Part shown: positions 12,270 through 24,756 of the stretch, one piece after another
Layout of the letters: each line of letters opens with the position of its first letter
Position numbering within the stretch: position 1 is the stretch's first letter
Origin: Octopus sinensis
Lineage: Eukaryota
DNA: 64,000 nucleotides
Assembly (NCBI RefSeq): GCF_006345805.1
Contig: NC_043001.1
Span: 125,798,001-125,862,000 of the forward strand
Direction of reading: 5' to 3'
Translations under genes and position numbers: made by a program
The notes under the pieces: model-generated
Told to the model about the DNA's origin: nothing
The model's database searches: none
The model's input: the letters and a program-made list of their open reading frames with translations, nothing else

Positions 12270-13023
12270 ATATCATCATCATCATCATCATTTAACGTCC
12301 ACCTTCCATGCTAGCATGGGTTGAACGATTTGACTGAGGTCTGGCGAACCAGACTCCAATCTGCTCTGGCCGAGTTTCTACAGCTGGATGCCCTTCCTAA
12401 CGCCAACCACTCCGAGAGTGTAGTGGGTGCTTTTACATGCCACTTGCACGAGGGCCAGTTTGGTGGTACTGGCAACGGCCAAGCCCAAATGGTGATTTTT
12501 ACATGCCACCTGCACAGGAGCTAGTCCAACGGTACTGGCGACAACCTCACTCGAATATTTCACATGCCACCAGCACAAGTGCTAGTAAGGCGACGCAGTA
12601 ACAATCGCGCTTGAATGGTGTGCTTAATGCGCCATTGGCACGAAGGCCAGCTTGTTGCTCTGGCAACGATTTCACTCGTATGGTACGCTTAGCGCTCCAC
12701 TAGCAACGGATGCCAGTCACCGAATTTGATTTCGACTTCGATTTCACTTGCCTCAGCTGGTCTTCACAAGCAGAGTTTAGTGTCTAATGAAGTAAAGGCA
12801 CGCACAAGTGGACTGGTTACACCCCTAGCATAGAGAGAGGCGGGGTGGATATGAGGAGTTTTCTTCAGGATGATTCAAACTAATAGAAATGCATTTTTGA
12901 CCATTTGTTATGTAGCTAAATTTAGATTGAATTAAATGAAATCGAATGTCCTTGTCATGCTTGCCTAATTGTTTGTCTTTCCTCACTACTTTAACTACTT
13001 GAATCTATATATATACATAAAGT

Positions 13024-13407
13024 GGAAGCACTCCGTCGGTTACGACGACGAGGGTTCCGGTTGATCCGAATCAACGGAACAGCCTGCTCGTGAAATTAAC
13101 GTGTAAGTGGCTGAGCACTCCACAGACACGTGTACCCTTAACGTAGTTCTCAGGGATATTCAGCATGACACAGAGAGTGACAAGGCCGGCCCTTTGAAAT
13201 ACAGGTACAACAGAAACAGGAAGTAAGAGTGAGAGAAAGTTGTGGTGAAAGAGTACAGCAGGGATCACCACCATCCCCTGCCGGAGACTCGTGGAGCTTT
13301 AGGTGTTTTCGCTCAATAAACACTCACAACGCCCGGTCTGGGAATCGAAACCGCGATCCTATGACCTCGAGTCCGCTGCCCTAACCACTGGGCCATTGCG
13401 CCTCCAA
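13024..13407 (-). mobile_element. SINE family A, long tail
   Basis: 13-bp TSD ATATACATAAAGT (13011-23 and 13408-20). Near-identical to 88-459. Confidence 0.9.
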
Positions 13408-13622
13408 ATATACATAAAGTAATAATTGATAGAATCACTAGATTATAAAGGCTTATGAGCATGTGTTTTTTAGTAAACATTCTTTTTAATCTCACTGTGA
13501 AAAGTACACACCATGAATAAATAGTGGTTTTTTTTCCCTCTGTGACTAGAAAAAGAAGACCAACCTGATTGTTAGTTTCAGTATTTGTTAACGCTTCATC
13601 AAACTGTTTATTCATTTTCCTG

Positions 13623-14027
13623 TGGAGGCGCAATGGCCCAGTGGTTAGGGCAGCGGACTCGCGGTCATAGGATCACGGTTTCGATTCCCAGACCGGGCGT
13701 TGTGAGTGTTTATTGAGCGAAAACACCTAAAAGTTCCACGAGGCTCCGGCAGGAGATGGTGGTGATCCCTGCTGTACTCTTTCACCACAACTTTCTCTCA
13801 CTCTTACTTTTTCTCTCACTCTTACTTCCTGTTTCTGTTGTACCTGTATTTCAAGGGGCCGGCCTTGTCACTCTCTGTGTCACGCTGAATATCCCTGAGA
13901 ACTACGTTAAGGGTGCACGTGTCTGTGGAGTGCTCAGCCACTTACACGTTAATTTCACGAGCAGGCTGTTCCGTTGATTCGGATCAACCGGAACCCTCAT
14001 CGTCGTAACCGACGGAGTGCTTCCATC
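13623..14027 (+). mobile_element. SINE family A, long tail
   Basis: Same head and tail, TSD-like TATTCATTTTCC flanks, small internal duplication near 13795-13825. Confidence 0.88.
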
Positions 14028-14220
14028 CATATTCATTTTCCCATCCACAGAAAGAATTAGTGCTCATATCTATTTACAGCATATACAACCTTTAATAGAA
14101 CTGAATTGGTCTGCCTTATTTGCATACTACTACTAATGAAAATTTGTAATTAAATGAACTACAATGTGGCAGAAACACAATGCTCTTCTTATGTCACCTT
14201 TGAATTTCTAAATAAATTCT

Positions 14221-14252
<32 letters not shown>

Positions 14253-14535
14253 CAAAGTAAGCAACAAGGATATCCAAGGTAGAGTAGTACAATTGTTTCA
14301 TGCTACTTCATTTTATTAAACACTCTACCTTGCATATCCTTGTTGCTTATTTTGATTATAATCACCCCATTTGATTTATATGGATAATACCATACAAAAT
14401 TCTGGTGCCTTTAACTTAAGTACCATATTCATCTGAATCTAAATTTTGCTTAATTTATATATCTATATAGATGCATGATAAATTATTATTATATACTACA
14501 TGTGCATGTCCTTGCTTGTTTTGCAATTGTTCCAG

Positions 14536-14688
14536 TTTTAGTGAACCACAGTACAAATATGTGTACTTCAATCATATGAATCTGGCCCAGAAGACGACTG
14601 TACATGGTGACAATAAGAAATCAACAAATTTAAACATTCCCCCTGATACAATCAAGCTCTTAAGTGACATCAGTTCAGATTTCTCTAA
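14536..14688 (+). CDS. CCZ1: CCZ1 exon, FSEPQYKYVYFNHMNLAQKTTVH...LLSDISSDFSK
   Basis: ttccag acceptor (in-frame alternative at 14542), gtaagt donor. The YFNHMNLA motif is diagnostic of CCZ1. Confidence 0.95.
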
Positions 14689-16570
14689 GTAAGTATTCTT
14701 TTTCTCTCTACACGTTTTTTTCTTTAAATTAGGAATATTGTACAATAGTTCTACAGTTAGATTAGTATGTATATGTGGAGGCAGTGGGGTGGTAAAGGAG
14801 TGCTTCATGAAGCCACTCGAACAGCTAACCCTCGGCGAGAACTCCAATGGCCAGATGCTCTTCCAAATTCTCTCTTTTAACAACTTTCTATGCTTCAGGT
14901 ATGTGTCTGGGACGGTGGTGCTAATGAGGTGCAGGACACATATCCTTGTTGATAGAAGTGTTCCTCTACATATATTGGCTTGGGAGGGAAGGTGGGGAAG
15001 ACCATGGCAGCCCACACATAACATATCAGACGTCACATATGTATATGTATGTGTTGAATAACGTCCCCAATGCGGAAACACAAACACACTCATGTACAAA
15101 ATGTGACATCGTCGTTGAACGTGGAAACACACACACACACACACACTGATAGACATATACACACTCGTATGCAAACTGTGATGTTGTCATCTTCACCATG
15201 GTATAAAATGTCCTGTACTATATTTGACTATAGAAAGATTATCTCCATAAAATGTTTATATATTAAGCACATGTTTTAAATGTTAATTTAAGGGTTAATA
15301 TTTAGCAAGCTTGCAACTGCTGTGATAATTATTAACTGGTAATTGAATGGTAAATGTGTATTTTTATATACTTTAGACTTGGTGTTATCACATTAGAAAG
15401 AATAAAAGTGAAACAATATTCACTTTTGACACGTAATACTGAACCAGTGTAAAAGATTGCTCTGGGGCTGCATAGGCAAAAGTTGAAAAATTTTTGGGGC
15501 CTATGACACTCCATGGACCCTAAGTAATACATGTGTAAAATTTGAATGAAATCAGTTGGGTATTTCTTTAGGGATTCATACATACATTCTCAGCTTTATA
15601 TATATATAGATATTTGTACTTTCATATGTTTTTTCATTCTAGCATGGGCTTCAGGAGTTCTCAACCATTTTTATTCTTGTAATGAGAACTCATTTGTTGC
15701 CAACAGAGATAATTGCTTTCTGATCTTTCTCCACCGATTCTCCCAGAATACTCACCAATTAGATCAGGGTTTCCCAACCATTTTTTATCCATGGAACCTC
15801 TTTGATTGCTATTTTATTCTGCTGGACCACATTGCCATTCAATGTTTTAAAACTAGTTTTATAGAATGTTATTTATTAATGTTTCCACACATTAATTTGT
15901 GGAGGTTGAACCGTGTAAACTGCGAGAGAAAAGAAACCTGTTTCTTGCAATACATACCAATACATACATCTAAAGCAAATTTTTTTCAGGGCACCTTAAA
16001 ATACTACTGTGGATCCCCAATTTACTATTTTCTTGTATGGACCCTGGTTGAGAAGCACTGGGTTAGATGAATGTATGTTATTAAGGCATTGTCTTTGCTG
16101 CTAGATGTTCTTCCTGTTGCTAACCATAAATTATTTTTCAGATAAGCGGGGTGGGGTTTCTTTCTACTCATCTTCGAAAGTACAATGCTACAAGATGATT
16201 TGTTGACTGACAAATATCCACAAATATCACCATCTGTAGTTCAACAATTTTTTTTTTACTGCACTTATTCTAAACATTCACATACACACAGTTATGTGGT
16301 GCATACAGTCATACACTTAGATGATGCTTTGTACAATTTCCATATAATATAGAAAGGGTAATGATTGGGTGTATTGAGTACAGGATAGTGTGGGGTGAGT
16401 GAATACATGTAGTTACTGTGCCATCCCTCTTTTTACAGGTGGCATGGACCAGTTAAATTTTACAGATGACATGGAGGGTGGGTGAGTTTCAGAGAAACAG
16501 GAGGGTCAAGCATGTCTGATGACATACCTACACAGACAGCATGGTACAATGAATAGGGGAGATTGAATAG

Positions 16571-16800
16571 GTGGCGAGCTGGCAGAAACATTAGCACGCC
16601 AGGCGAAATGCGTAGCCGTATTTCGTCTGCCGTTACGTTCTGAGTTCAAGTTCCGCCGAGGTCGACTTTGCCTTTCATACTTTCGGGGTTGATAAATTAA
16701 GTACCAGTTACACACTGGGGTCGATGTAATCGACTTAATCCCTTTTTCTGTCCTTGTTCGTCCCCTCTATGTTTAGCCCTTGTGGGTAATAAAGAAACAG
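16571..16800 (+). mobile_element. tRNA-derived SINE family D (others about 36385-36602-, 40270-40497-, 45102-45560+, 46598-46820+ and many decayed copies)
   Basis: GGCGAGCTGGCAGAAAC head, GAGTTCAAATTCC B-box, GTCGACTTTGCCTTTCATCC body. Confidence 0.85.
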
Positions 16801-17776
16801 AATAGGGGAGATGAGTGTTATCTAATATAATGAACAAAATATAATGAACTGGAGAGATGAGTTTAAATGTGTTAAAATGGCTAAACTATCAGAAACAGGA
16901 TTTACTGCCAGAATTATTTCACAGTAGAAGGCGCATGGCTCAATGGTTAGAGTGTTGGGCTCATAATCATGAGGTAGCACATTCGGTTCCCAGACAGTGT
17001 TGTATGTTGTGTTCTTGAGCAAGGCACTTTATTTCACGTTGCTCCTGCTCACTCACCTGTAGAAATGATTTGCGATGTCACTGATGCCAAGCTCATCGGT
17101 CTTTGCTTTTTCCTTGGATAACATTGGTGGTGTGGAAGGTGGTAAGCTGGCAGAAACGTTAGCATGCCAGGTGAAATGCATAGCAGTATTTCATCTGACT
17201 TTTATGTTCTGAGTTCAAATTCCGCCAAAGTCAACTTTGCCTTTCACCCTTTTGGGGTTGATAAATTAAGTACCATTTGCATACTGTGGTCGATGTAATT
17301 GACTGCCTCCCTCCCCAAAAATTTCAGGCCTTGTGCCTTGAGTAGAAAAGAATATTGGTGGTTTGGAGAGGGGAGATTGGCATGCATGGGAGACTGGTCT
17401 TTCATAAACAACCTTGCCCAGACTTGTGCCTCAGAGAGGAACTTTCTAGGTGCAATCCCATGATCATTGATGACCAAAGAGGGTCTTAACCCTTTATCTT
17501 ATTACACAGTACTGACAGTAGTAGCTATTATACAATACTGTCTGTGGCTATAGATTACAAAACTATTAACCTTTTGAGGACTCTAGTAAAAGAGCATTAT
17601 AGTATGCTGCCTTCAGCTGTGAACTATTTTTGACATCATTAATAAAATGCAATTTATTATACATAATTCATGTTAATGCATAAAGTCTTTAATTGTGGTT
17701 CGTTTTTAACTCTTTGCCAACAGGATTCAACAAAACCAATGCATAAATTCTCTGGTGTCTCTGTTTTTGTTCACAG

Positions 17777-17904
17777 GTGCGAAGATGATGCAGAAACCAT
17801 TGTGAAGACTTTGAATGACTCTTGGGTTGTAGGGAAAAAATCTGACCATCGAGAATTCTATGTGGTTATTAACCAGAAAAATGCCAATCTCATTGAAATC
17901 AATG
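17777..17904 (+). CDS. CCZ1: CCZ1 exon, CEDDAETIVKTLNDSWVVGKKSDHREFYVVINQKNANLIEIN
   Basis: tcacag acceptor, gtatgt donor, 128 nt, phase 2-1. WVVGKKSDxRE and NQKNANLIE motifs. Confidence 0.95.
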
Positions 17905-18652
17905 GTATGTTCTAGATATTGTGTGTGTTTGGTCATTCACTCTTGTAAAACTGGTTCTTTGTATTGTATATCCATTTTTTTTTTATTCCATGTCAACATG
18001 AATAGTTTTGGGATGAAGTGGCTAGCAGGGGGCAGAGGAAAAAGGGAAGAGATTTGTAAAATTGAACAGTTGTATATTTTTATAGCTGGCTGCTCTTTCT
18101 GCTGTTAACTACTCAACCATGAAATAGCATTGCAATTTGTTTGTCAGCCAAGCAAGTTGAAGCAAACACAGTTATATGTTGTCCAAGGGTATAACACCAT
18201 TCCACAATATGAATTGTGATCAAAGTTTGTGTTATTAATGCCTTTTTCTTTTTTAAATTTAAAACAGATAATAAAAAAAACTGTAGCATTTTCATTTATT
18301 GAAATCAGAAGGAAGAATTAAATATAAAAACATAAAACTGAAAATTGATAATTTATGCATGAAATGAAATGCAAGTGGAAATACTTTATTTAAATTTATT
18401 TTCATTTTAAGTTTTACCCTAACCATCATCATTATTGCAACAGTTCTTCTTTTCAAACATAAATTTTTTTTTTCTTTTTCATTTTTCTCTGATGAGTTTG
18501 GCTTGTTTTTTGTTGTTTTTTTGAAGTAATAAGAATATTATTTGAATTGAATTTCAGCTCACATCTCAAGCTACTATACCATGCACAGTGTGTATGTGGA
18601 ATAGTATTTCAAAATGTTGGACTTAGGATTAAGTTGTGGGTTTGATAACTGG

Positions 18653-18683
<31 letters not shown>

Positions 18684-18807
18684 TAAATTAGAGATAAAAC
18701 CACTATTAGGCAAATCATACAATGAAAAACTTAAGCCAATACATAAGATTATTTAATTTATATTATTTAAATATATAACAAAATTATTAAAAAAATATAA
18801 TTAATAT

Positions 18808-18876
18808 AACACTACGATCATTTCATGGCTGTTAATTTCTTTAAATTTTCGAGTTACAGTCATTCATCAGGTGGTT
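18808..18876 (-). ncRNA. Type I hammerhead ribozyme motif (partly decayed)
   Basis: AACCAC-CTGATGA-ATGACTGT...ACAGCCAT-GAAA-TGATCG-TA/GTGTT. Stem III is one CpG transition away from the palindrome ACGATCGT. Confidence 0.65.
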
Positions 18877-19433
18877 TAAATATTTAACTTGGCGAGGTTT
18901 ATTGACATTAAATAAACCAACCACTCTGCAGGGTGGACTCAGTGCTTTTTGAAGTTAGGAAATTCGATAAGCTTAAGATTTCTGTACAACTCCTGCAAAC
19001 ACGAACAGTGTGGAAGACATGGGAATGGAAAAATTAAAGCTAATTAAGATATCCTCAACCTGCTGAGTACCCACCATTGGGTAATTATTACATCAGAGGA
19101 TCTGCTAGCTAGGAAACATATGCAGCCTGCATTTTGCTTGTTCCAATCCCTTAATTTGCATTTATTGTCGCATTCATAGCAACTCTAGTTGCTAACAGTG
19201 AGCTATACAGAAATCTTAAGCTTATCGAATTTCCTAACTTCAAAAAGCACTGAGTCCACCCTGCAGAGTGGTTGGTTTATTTAATGCCAATAAAATGTTT
19301 ATTGTTCCTGAACATACACAGTCCACTTTTTGTTTTCTGTACCTGCTACAGACTGCTTGAGGCTTACAAACTTCCTACACTTGGAACCCTGGGTTGTACC
19401 CTTGCATATCGATATATATATATATACATATAT

Positions 19434-19735
19434 GTGGTGGCGCAATGGCCTAGTGGTTAGGGCAGCAGACTCGCGGTCGTAGGATCGCGGTTTCAATTCC
19501 TAGACCGGGCGTTGTGAGTGTTTATTGAGCAAAAACACCTAAAAGCTCCACGAGGCTCCAGCAGGGGGTGGTGATCCCTGCTGTACTCTTTCACCACAAC
19601 TTTCTCTCACTCTTTCTTCTGTTGGCCTGCTCGCTTAGCCAGTGGGGTGGCATCATTTGAAGGCTAAAACAATGCGAACGCATTGTGACCAGCGATGTGT
19701 AACTACATCTGATAGCCTGGTCGATCATGGTGATA
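19434..19735 (+). mobile_element. SINE family A, alternative tail (also 47110-47401 and 48299-48590)
   Basis: Same head and body as family A up to TTTCTCTCACTCT, then a different tail GGCCTGCTCGCTTAGCC...GATAGCCTGGTC. Confidence 0.85.
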
Positions 19736-20399
19736 TATACATATATATATCATCATCATCATCATTTAACGTCCATCTTCCATGCATGCATGGGTAGGAC
19801 GGTTGACAGAAGCCGGCCAGGTAAAAGACTACCCCAGGTTACTCTGTCTGTTTTTGCAGCTGAATGTCCTTCCTAACACCAACCACTCTGCAGAGTGGAC
19901 TCAGTGCTTTTTACATTGCACTAGCATAGGCAAGGCTAGTTTTGGCATGATTTTTTTCATTGGATGCCCTTCCAAATGCCAACCACTTTGCAGTGTGGAC
20001 TGATTGCTTATTGCAGCACCAGCTCTGGAAGGGTCACCAAGTAACTTGCAAGACAAGGATTTTGAGAGGGCTGGGGGCATTTGAGGAGGGGATCTTGTGT
20101 CAGATGATGAAAGTGACAAACGATAGTCTAGAGGAGGAAGGTATAGAAACTGAAACCATTCTCAGTTAAGCATAGAGAGGTTCTAGATGTTGTGCACGAT
20201 GATGAGGAAACAGAGGGCTTTTACAACTAGAGAGCATGAGCTTGGACAGCTAGGTATTACTTCTATAACATAGTGAAGATGGAAAGTTAATCACAATGAT
20301 AGATAGTAGCGTGTCATGTAAATTAAAATGTTGGAGAAAAGTGTGTTCAAAATGTCAATGTCAAATTTACTGATGCTGAGGGGTGAAAAGAGGCTTGGA

Positions 20400-21050
20400 A
20401 ATATTACAAGAGGTCATTGAAAGTAGGAAATGTGTAGTAGAAAGCAGGACTAATCCAAGTGGACCTGACAACTATTGAAATGACCACTAAGCAGACAAAT
20501 TTGCCAGGCTGGCAGGGATAATTGTTGAGCTGTTGAAATTACCTGATGAAGTGAGACTTGAGAGAATCACATAGTTATCTCAATACAGGGAGCTATCATA
20601 CCCCTATTAGTGGGTAGCAGAATCAACTGCTACAAATAGAAAGGAGATGCTCCAGAGGGAAGTAACTACAAAGGTATCAAACTGTTGGACCCAGTTAGAA
20701 AAATAAGAGAAAGAATCTTGGCACAGCTGATTAAGACCAGAATCAGCTTAGATGAGATGCAGTTCTGATTTGTGCTTTGTCAAGTTATTACTGATGCTCT
20801 CTTCTTAGTGAAACAATTGCAAGAGAAGTTTGCAACTAAGAGGAAGTCTCTCTACATAGCATTTGTTGGTGTTGAAAAGGCCTTTGACATGTACCACTCT
20901 CTGTAGCCTAGTAGTCTCCATAAAAACTAGATATAGATGAATGGTTGGTGAGAGCAGTGCAAGCCATGTAGGTGTACCATCAGTAAGTTACAGTTGGCAA
21001 TAAGCTCAGTGATGTACTTAGTGTGAAGGTAGGTGTTCCTCAAAACTTAT
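20400..21050 (+). mobile_element. Decayed RTE-type LINE reverse transcriptase fragment
   Basis: Broken TDA.FLV.QLQEKF...LY.AFV..EKAFD and WLVRAVQAM motifs. Confidence 0.65.
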
Positions 21051-21280
21051 TTTAGTCCCTCCTGTTATTGTTCTCCAAGCCATAACAGGAGTAATAACTT
21101 TATTTTTATCATCATTTTATATTCTCAGTTCTATGTTAGCATGAGTTGGATTTATTATAATCCAAGTTACTGTCCTCCTAGATGGATTAAGGACCATTTC
21201 TCACTTGTACTTTCCATTTTTGACATGGTTTCTATTCCTGGATGCACTTCTATCTTTGACCATTTTGCAGAATATACTAG

Positions 21281-21455
21281 GTACATTTTTTACATTCAAC
21301 GGATATTTGTCCTCATCTTGTTTGTTGTTAACACGAAGAAGGCTGGAGGTGGGGGGGTATATTAGCCGAAATGTTGTGTTAACAACAAACAAGATGAGGA
21401 CAAATATCCGTCGAATGTAAATAATATACATAATTCCTCATCTCTTAAAATATAG
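21281..21455 (+). mobile_element. Family H1 copy 2 (5'-truncated inside the hammerhead, with inverted arm)
   Basis: Inverted arm 21281-21334, then a direct arm from GAAGAAGGCTGG to CCTCATCTCTTAAAATATAG. Confidence 0.75.
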
Positions 21456-21734
21456 ATACTAGGTACATGTTGTGAATAGATGGATTGTTTTGTCCCTGAC
21501 AAGACTAAAGCATCCTTTTTAGCTGACATTTTCTCCATTTGCTTACCAACCACTTTTCAGGATGTATAGGTGGAGTTTATTATAGCACTGGCATTCAGAG
21601 GTTCTCATGTCCTCTCTACTTTATGTTTGTCTCTTTTCATTCATTAATTCACCAGTGCATGCTGTTGCATCATCTCTTGTATGACTAATGTGAGTCTTCT
21701 CTTCTCTGCATTGTCTCAGTACAACCAAGGTTAA

Positions 21735-21948
21735 CCCTTTCGTTACTGTATTTATTTTGAGATGTTCTATGTTTCTTTCAATTACTTTAAATATAACAAA
21801 GAATTTAGTAAAATAACTTAGTTACCATTCAACTGTATTAGGAACATAAATTGTGACTAAGGTTTGGTGGAAGATTTTAATTTAAAACTTATGGAAACAA
21901 GACATTTGTACAACAGAGCCGGTTTCAGCCGGGTTGGTAACAAAAGGG
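21735..21948. mobile_element. piggyBac-type MITE (subfamily 2)
   Basis: TTAA TSD and CCCTTT TIRs. Confidence 0.8.
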
Positions 21949-22649
21949 TTAAAGAGTTGAGAAGAGTAAAAAAAGAAAATGAACTAATGATAAGAACAAG
22001 AGTGATAAAAGAGAGCACAATAGAAAGGAGTGAGGGAGTGGTAAACGTTTTTGAAAACAAAAAAGTCATCTTTCCTGTATCATCACAGTGCTGGGCATTT
22101 TTCTCAACACACTGCACACTATGATATCATTAAAAGAGGCATCAATACTGCTGGAACCCTCCAGCACAACTGGAACCAGGTGGCTTAAACTGAAGTTAGT
22201 TGTTTGGGGGAGGGTAGCATTCTTTCCTATTCATTGGTGGCAAGTCACTCATCTGGAACACCTCATGTTCTCTAGTGCCAATCTGGTTGCTTCATCCTGA
22301 TAACTCTCACCTGCAATGCAGAGGAGCAAAAGTTGAGTAAATACCAATCATTGACAGATACCTTTTCGTGCTACCAAATAAAAAAAGAGAGCATTTTACA
22401 CTTGAGGAAGAATTCCTTTGTAATAGAGTGGCTGGTGCAATGAATATCACTAACTGTTCTTGCAGCAGTGCTTTTGTCCATCTTATCTGCTGGGCATAGC
22501 TGAGATGAGTTCTTCAACAGGGGGTCTGATTTTTCTTTTCTACGTACATGTATCTATTGAGTAAAAAATTATTATTTAAAAATATTGATGTTTTGAAATG
22601 GTGAAAATGTATTTTTCGATTTTTAATTTCTCTTGTTTCTTATTTACAG

Positions 22650-22705
22650 AGGAAGTCAAAAAACTATGCAGCACACACTTCAACAGTGTATTTTTCTTGG
22701 ATTAA
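22650..22705 (+). CDS. CCZ1: CCZ1 last coding exon, EEVKKLCSTHFNSVFFLD*
   Basis: ttacag acceptor and TAA at 22703-22705. Matches the CCZ1 C-terminus EEVKKLCATQFNNIFFLD. Confidence 0.95.
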
Positions 22706-23215
22706 AATAAACCAACTGTTACTCTCTGCATCAAAATTTGTGAGATATCTTTCTATTTGTTGATCCAGAGAGAAACACAAGTTTACAATTTGGTTTTCCA
22801 ATACCAAAACAAGCTGAAATTTTGGCTCCACAACTTCAGTATTTCATTCTAAAAATTTTAAGCACAGTCAACAACAAAACTGGCACAAAATCAAACAGGC
22901 GTTCTTAAAAACCACTGGAAATTTATGGAGTTCTTGCCATTTTGTCAAGGGCAGCAAACAGAATTTTCAGAAGCACACTCATTTTATATCAACACATATA
23001 TATACATACATATGTCTATTGACCAAAATGAAGGTTAGAAGACTCAGGAAAAATATTTTGATACATTTATCAAAATGTAAGATAGAATTTTGCTATTTTA
23101 GGGTGTTGTGGAAAAGTAAAGCTTGTTCTGTTAAAGAAAAAAAATATGAAGAAAATTTTAACCCAAACAGAACTTCCATTGGAATTCTTATGCAATTTGC
23201 ACCAGTTGCCCATAC

Positions 23216-23252
<37 letters not shown>

Positions 23253-23684
23253 AAAACGTGAGTTTGTTTTTGAGACACAAATACAAACATGATTAACCAC
23301 AATGCACGGTACAGGTTTTAATCTAATTGTGGGACATGCTGAAGGGAGTCTATACAGATGGTTAAATGAGAGGATAATCTATTATTATGTAACGTCTGTG
23401 AATCCAGAGACTGGATGTCTCTTCATAATTAACTTTTTATATGTATCTAATATACTTGATTGTATGAGCAACTGAAACAGAAACATACTTGAAAAGGCGG
23501 CTGTACTTGTATGTGTAGAAAGCAGTATCCCTCAGTGAATATGTGTGTGTGTGTAAGTTGTCTAAGAGTCCGTAAGTCAGGAAAAATGCACTTATATATT
23601 TTTCAATAGAGTGGGTATATTATCCAAAACATACAGTATTATATATCCATTACAGCCAGTATGGCAATTTCATTCTATATCAGC

Positions 23685-23768
23685 TACCTCTGATGAGTGC
23701 AAGGTTACATCATTTGATTATTACCTTACACTCCATTGAATCTCTAGCATGAAACCAATTGGTAAGAT
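23685..23768 (+). ncRNA. Type I hammerhead ribozyme motif upstream of the GIY-YIG ORF
   Basis: CTGATGA (23690-96), GTGC...GCAT, GAAA, palindrome ACCAATTGGT, GUA site. Stem I is imperfect. Enclosed by a 12-bp inverted repeat 23641-52/23775-86. Confidence 0.6.
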
Positions 23769-23936
23769 CAGCCATAATGGATATATTATACAGTACACTT
23801 CGGATTATTAAATTCTTTATTAAAAATAAAAATATTAATAATAAATATAATAATTATAATAGTAATATTAGTGGTAGTTGTAGTAGTAATAGTAATAATA
23901 GTAGTACTTATAATAATTTTAAAAAATAGAAATAAG

Positions 23937-24756
23937 ATGAAATTTAATTTTAATTCAATAAATTATAATTTTAATTTTAATAATATTAAAAAGAAATATA
24001 ATAATGGTAATAATAATAATATAATAATAATAATAATAGAAATATAAATAATAAGAATAAAATTTGGTTAATTGTTCCTTATGGGGCTCAAGTTAAAACT
24101 AACATTATTAAAGAGATTTTAAATATTGAACAATTCATTCATGATAATCATAAATATAAAAAAATTTCTCTTGTAATAATTTTGGAGTTGGTCATTCTAC
24201 TACTAATAATGTAGGTAACATTATTTCTTCTTTTAACAAATTTAAGTTGAATAATTTCTATAAAACGAAATTTTATAATCATACCAATAATAATAAAGAT
24301 AAGGCACTCTTAGATTGTACATGTAGAGATAAAACTAAGTGTAAATTTAATGATAAAGGTTATTTAAACGATGTATATAAATGTATAGTTACATTATTTA
24401 ATGAGAATAATTGGAATAATAATAACTTAAATGCCATTTATATAGGGTCCCCTTCCTCTAAAATTAAATTAAGAGTAGCACAGCATATGCATTCCTTTAA
24501 AAATAGGAATTTTATGTATTCTACAAGGTTTAGCAAATACATATGGGGACTAAAATCCCAACAAATTAAGTATAATCTTAAGTGGAAGATAATTTGTAAG
24601 GCGAAATCATATAGTATAGGTAGCAATTATTGTTATTTATGTTCTAGTGAATTTAATGAAATATTATTTATTAATCATAATAAATTAGTGAATACATTGG
24701 ACAAACGTAAAATTAAATGTAGACACAAATTACTTTACTTATATAATAAATTTTAA
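23937..24756 (+). pseudogene. Penelope-like GIY-YIG endonuclease ORF without RT (two frameshifts; 24247-24756 open)
   Basis: IWLIVPYGAQVKTNII...KKIFSCNN..IISSFNK linker, CTC..KC, VYK...YIG...R...H, SKYIW.LK, CYLC..E and CRHK are all typical of the PLE C-terminal GIY-YIG region. Frameshifts near 24020 (AAT repeat) and 24165. Confidence 0.85.
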
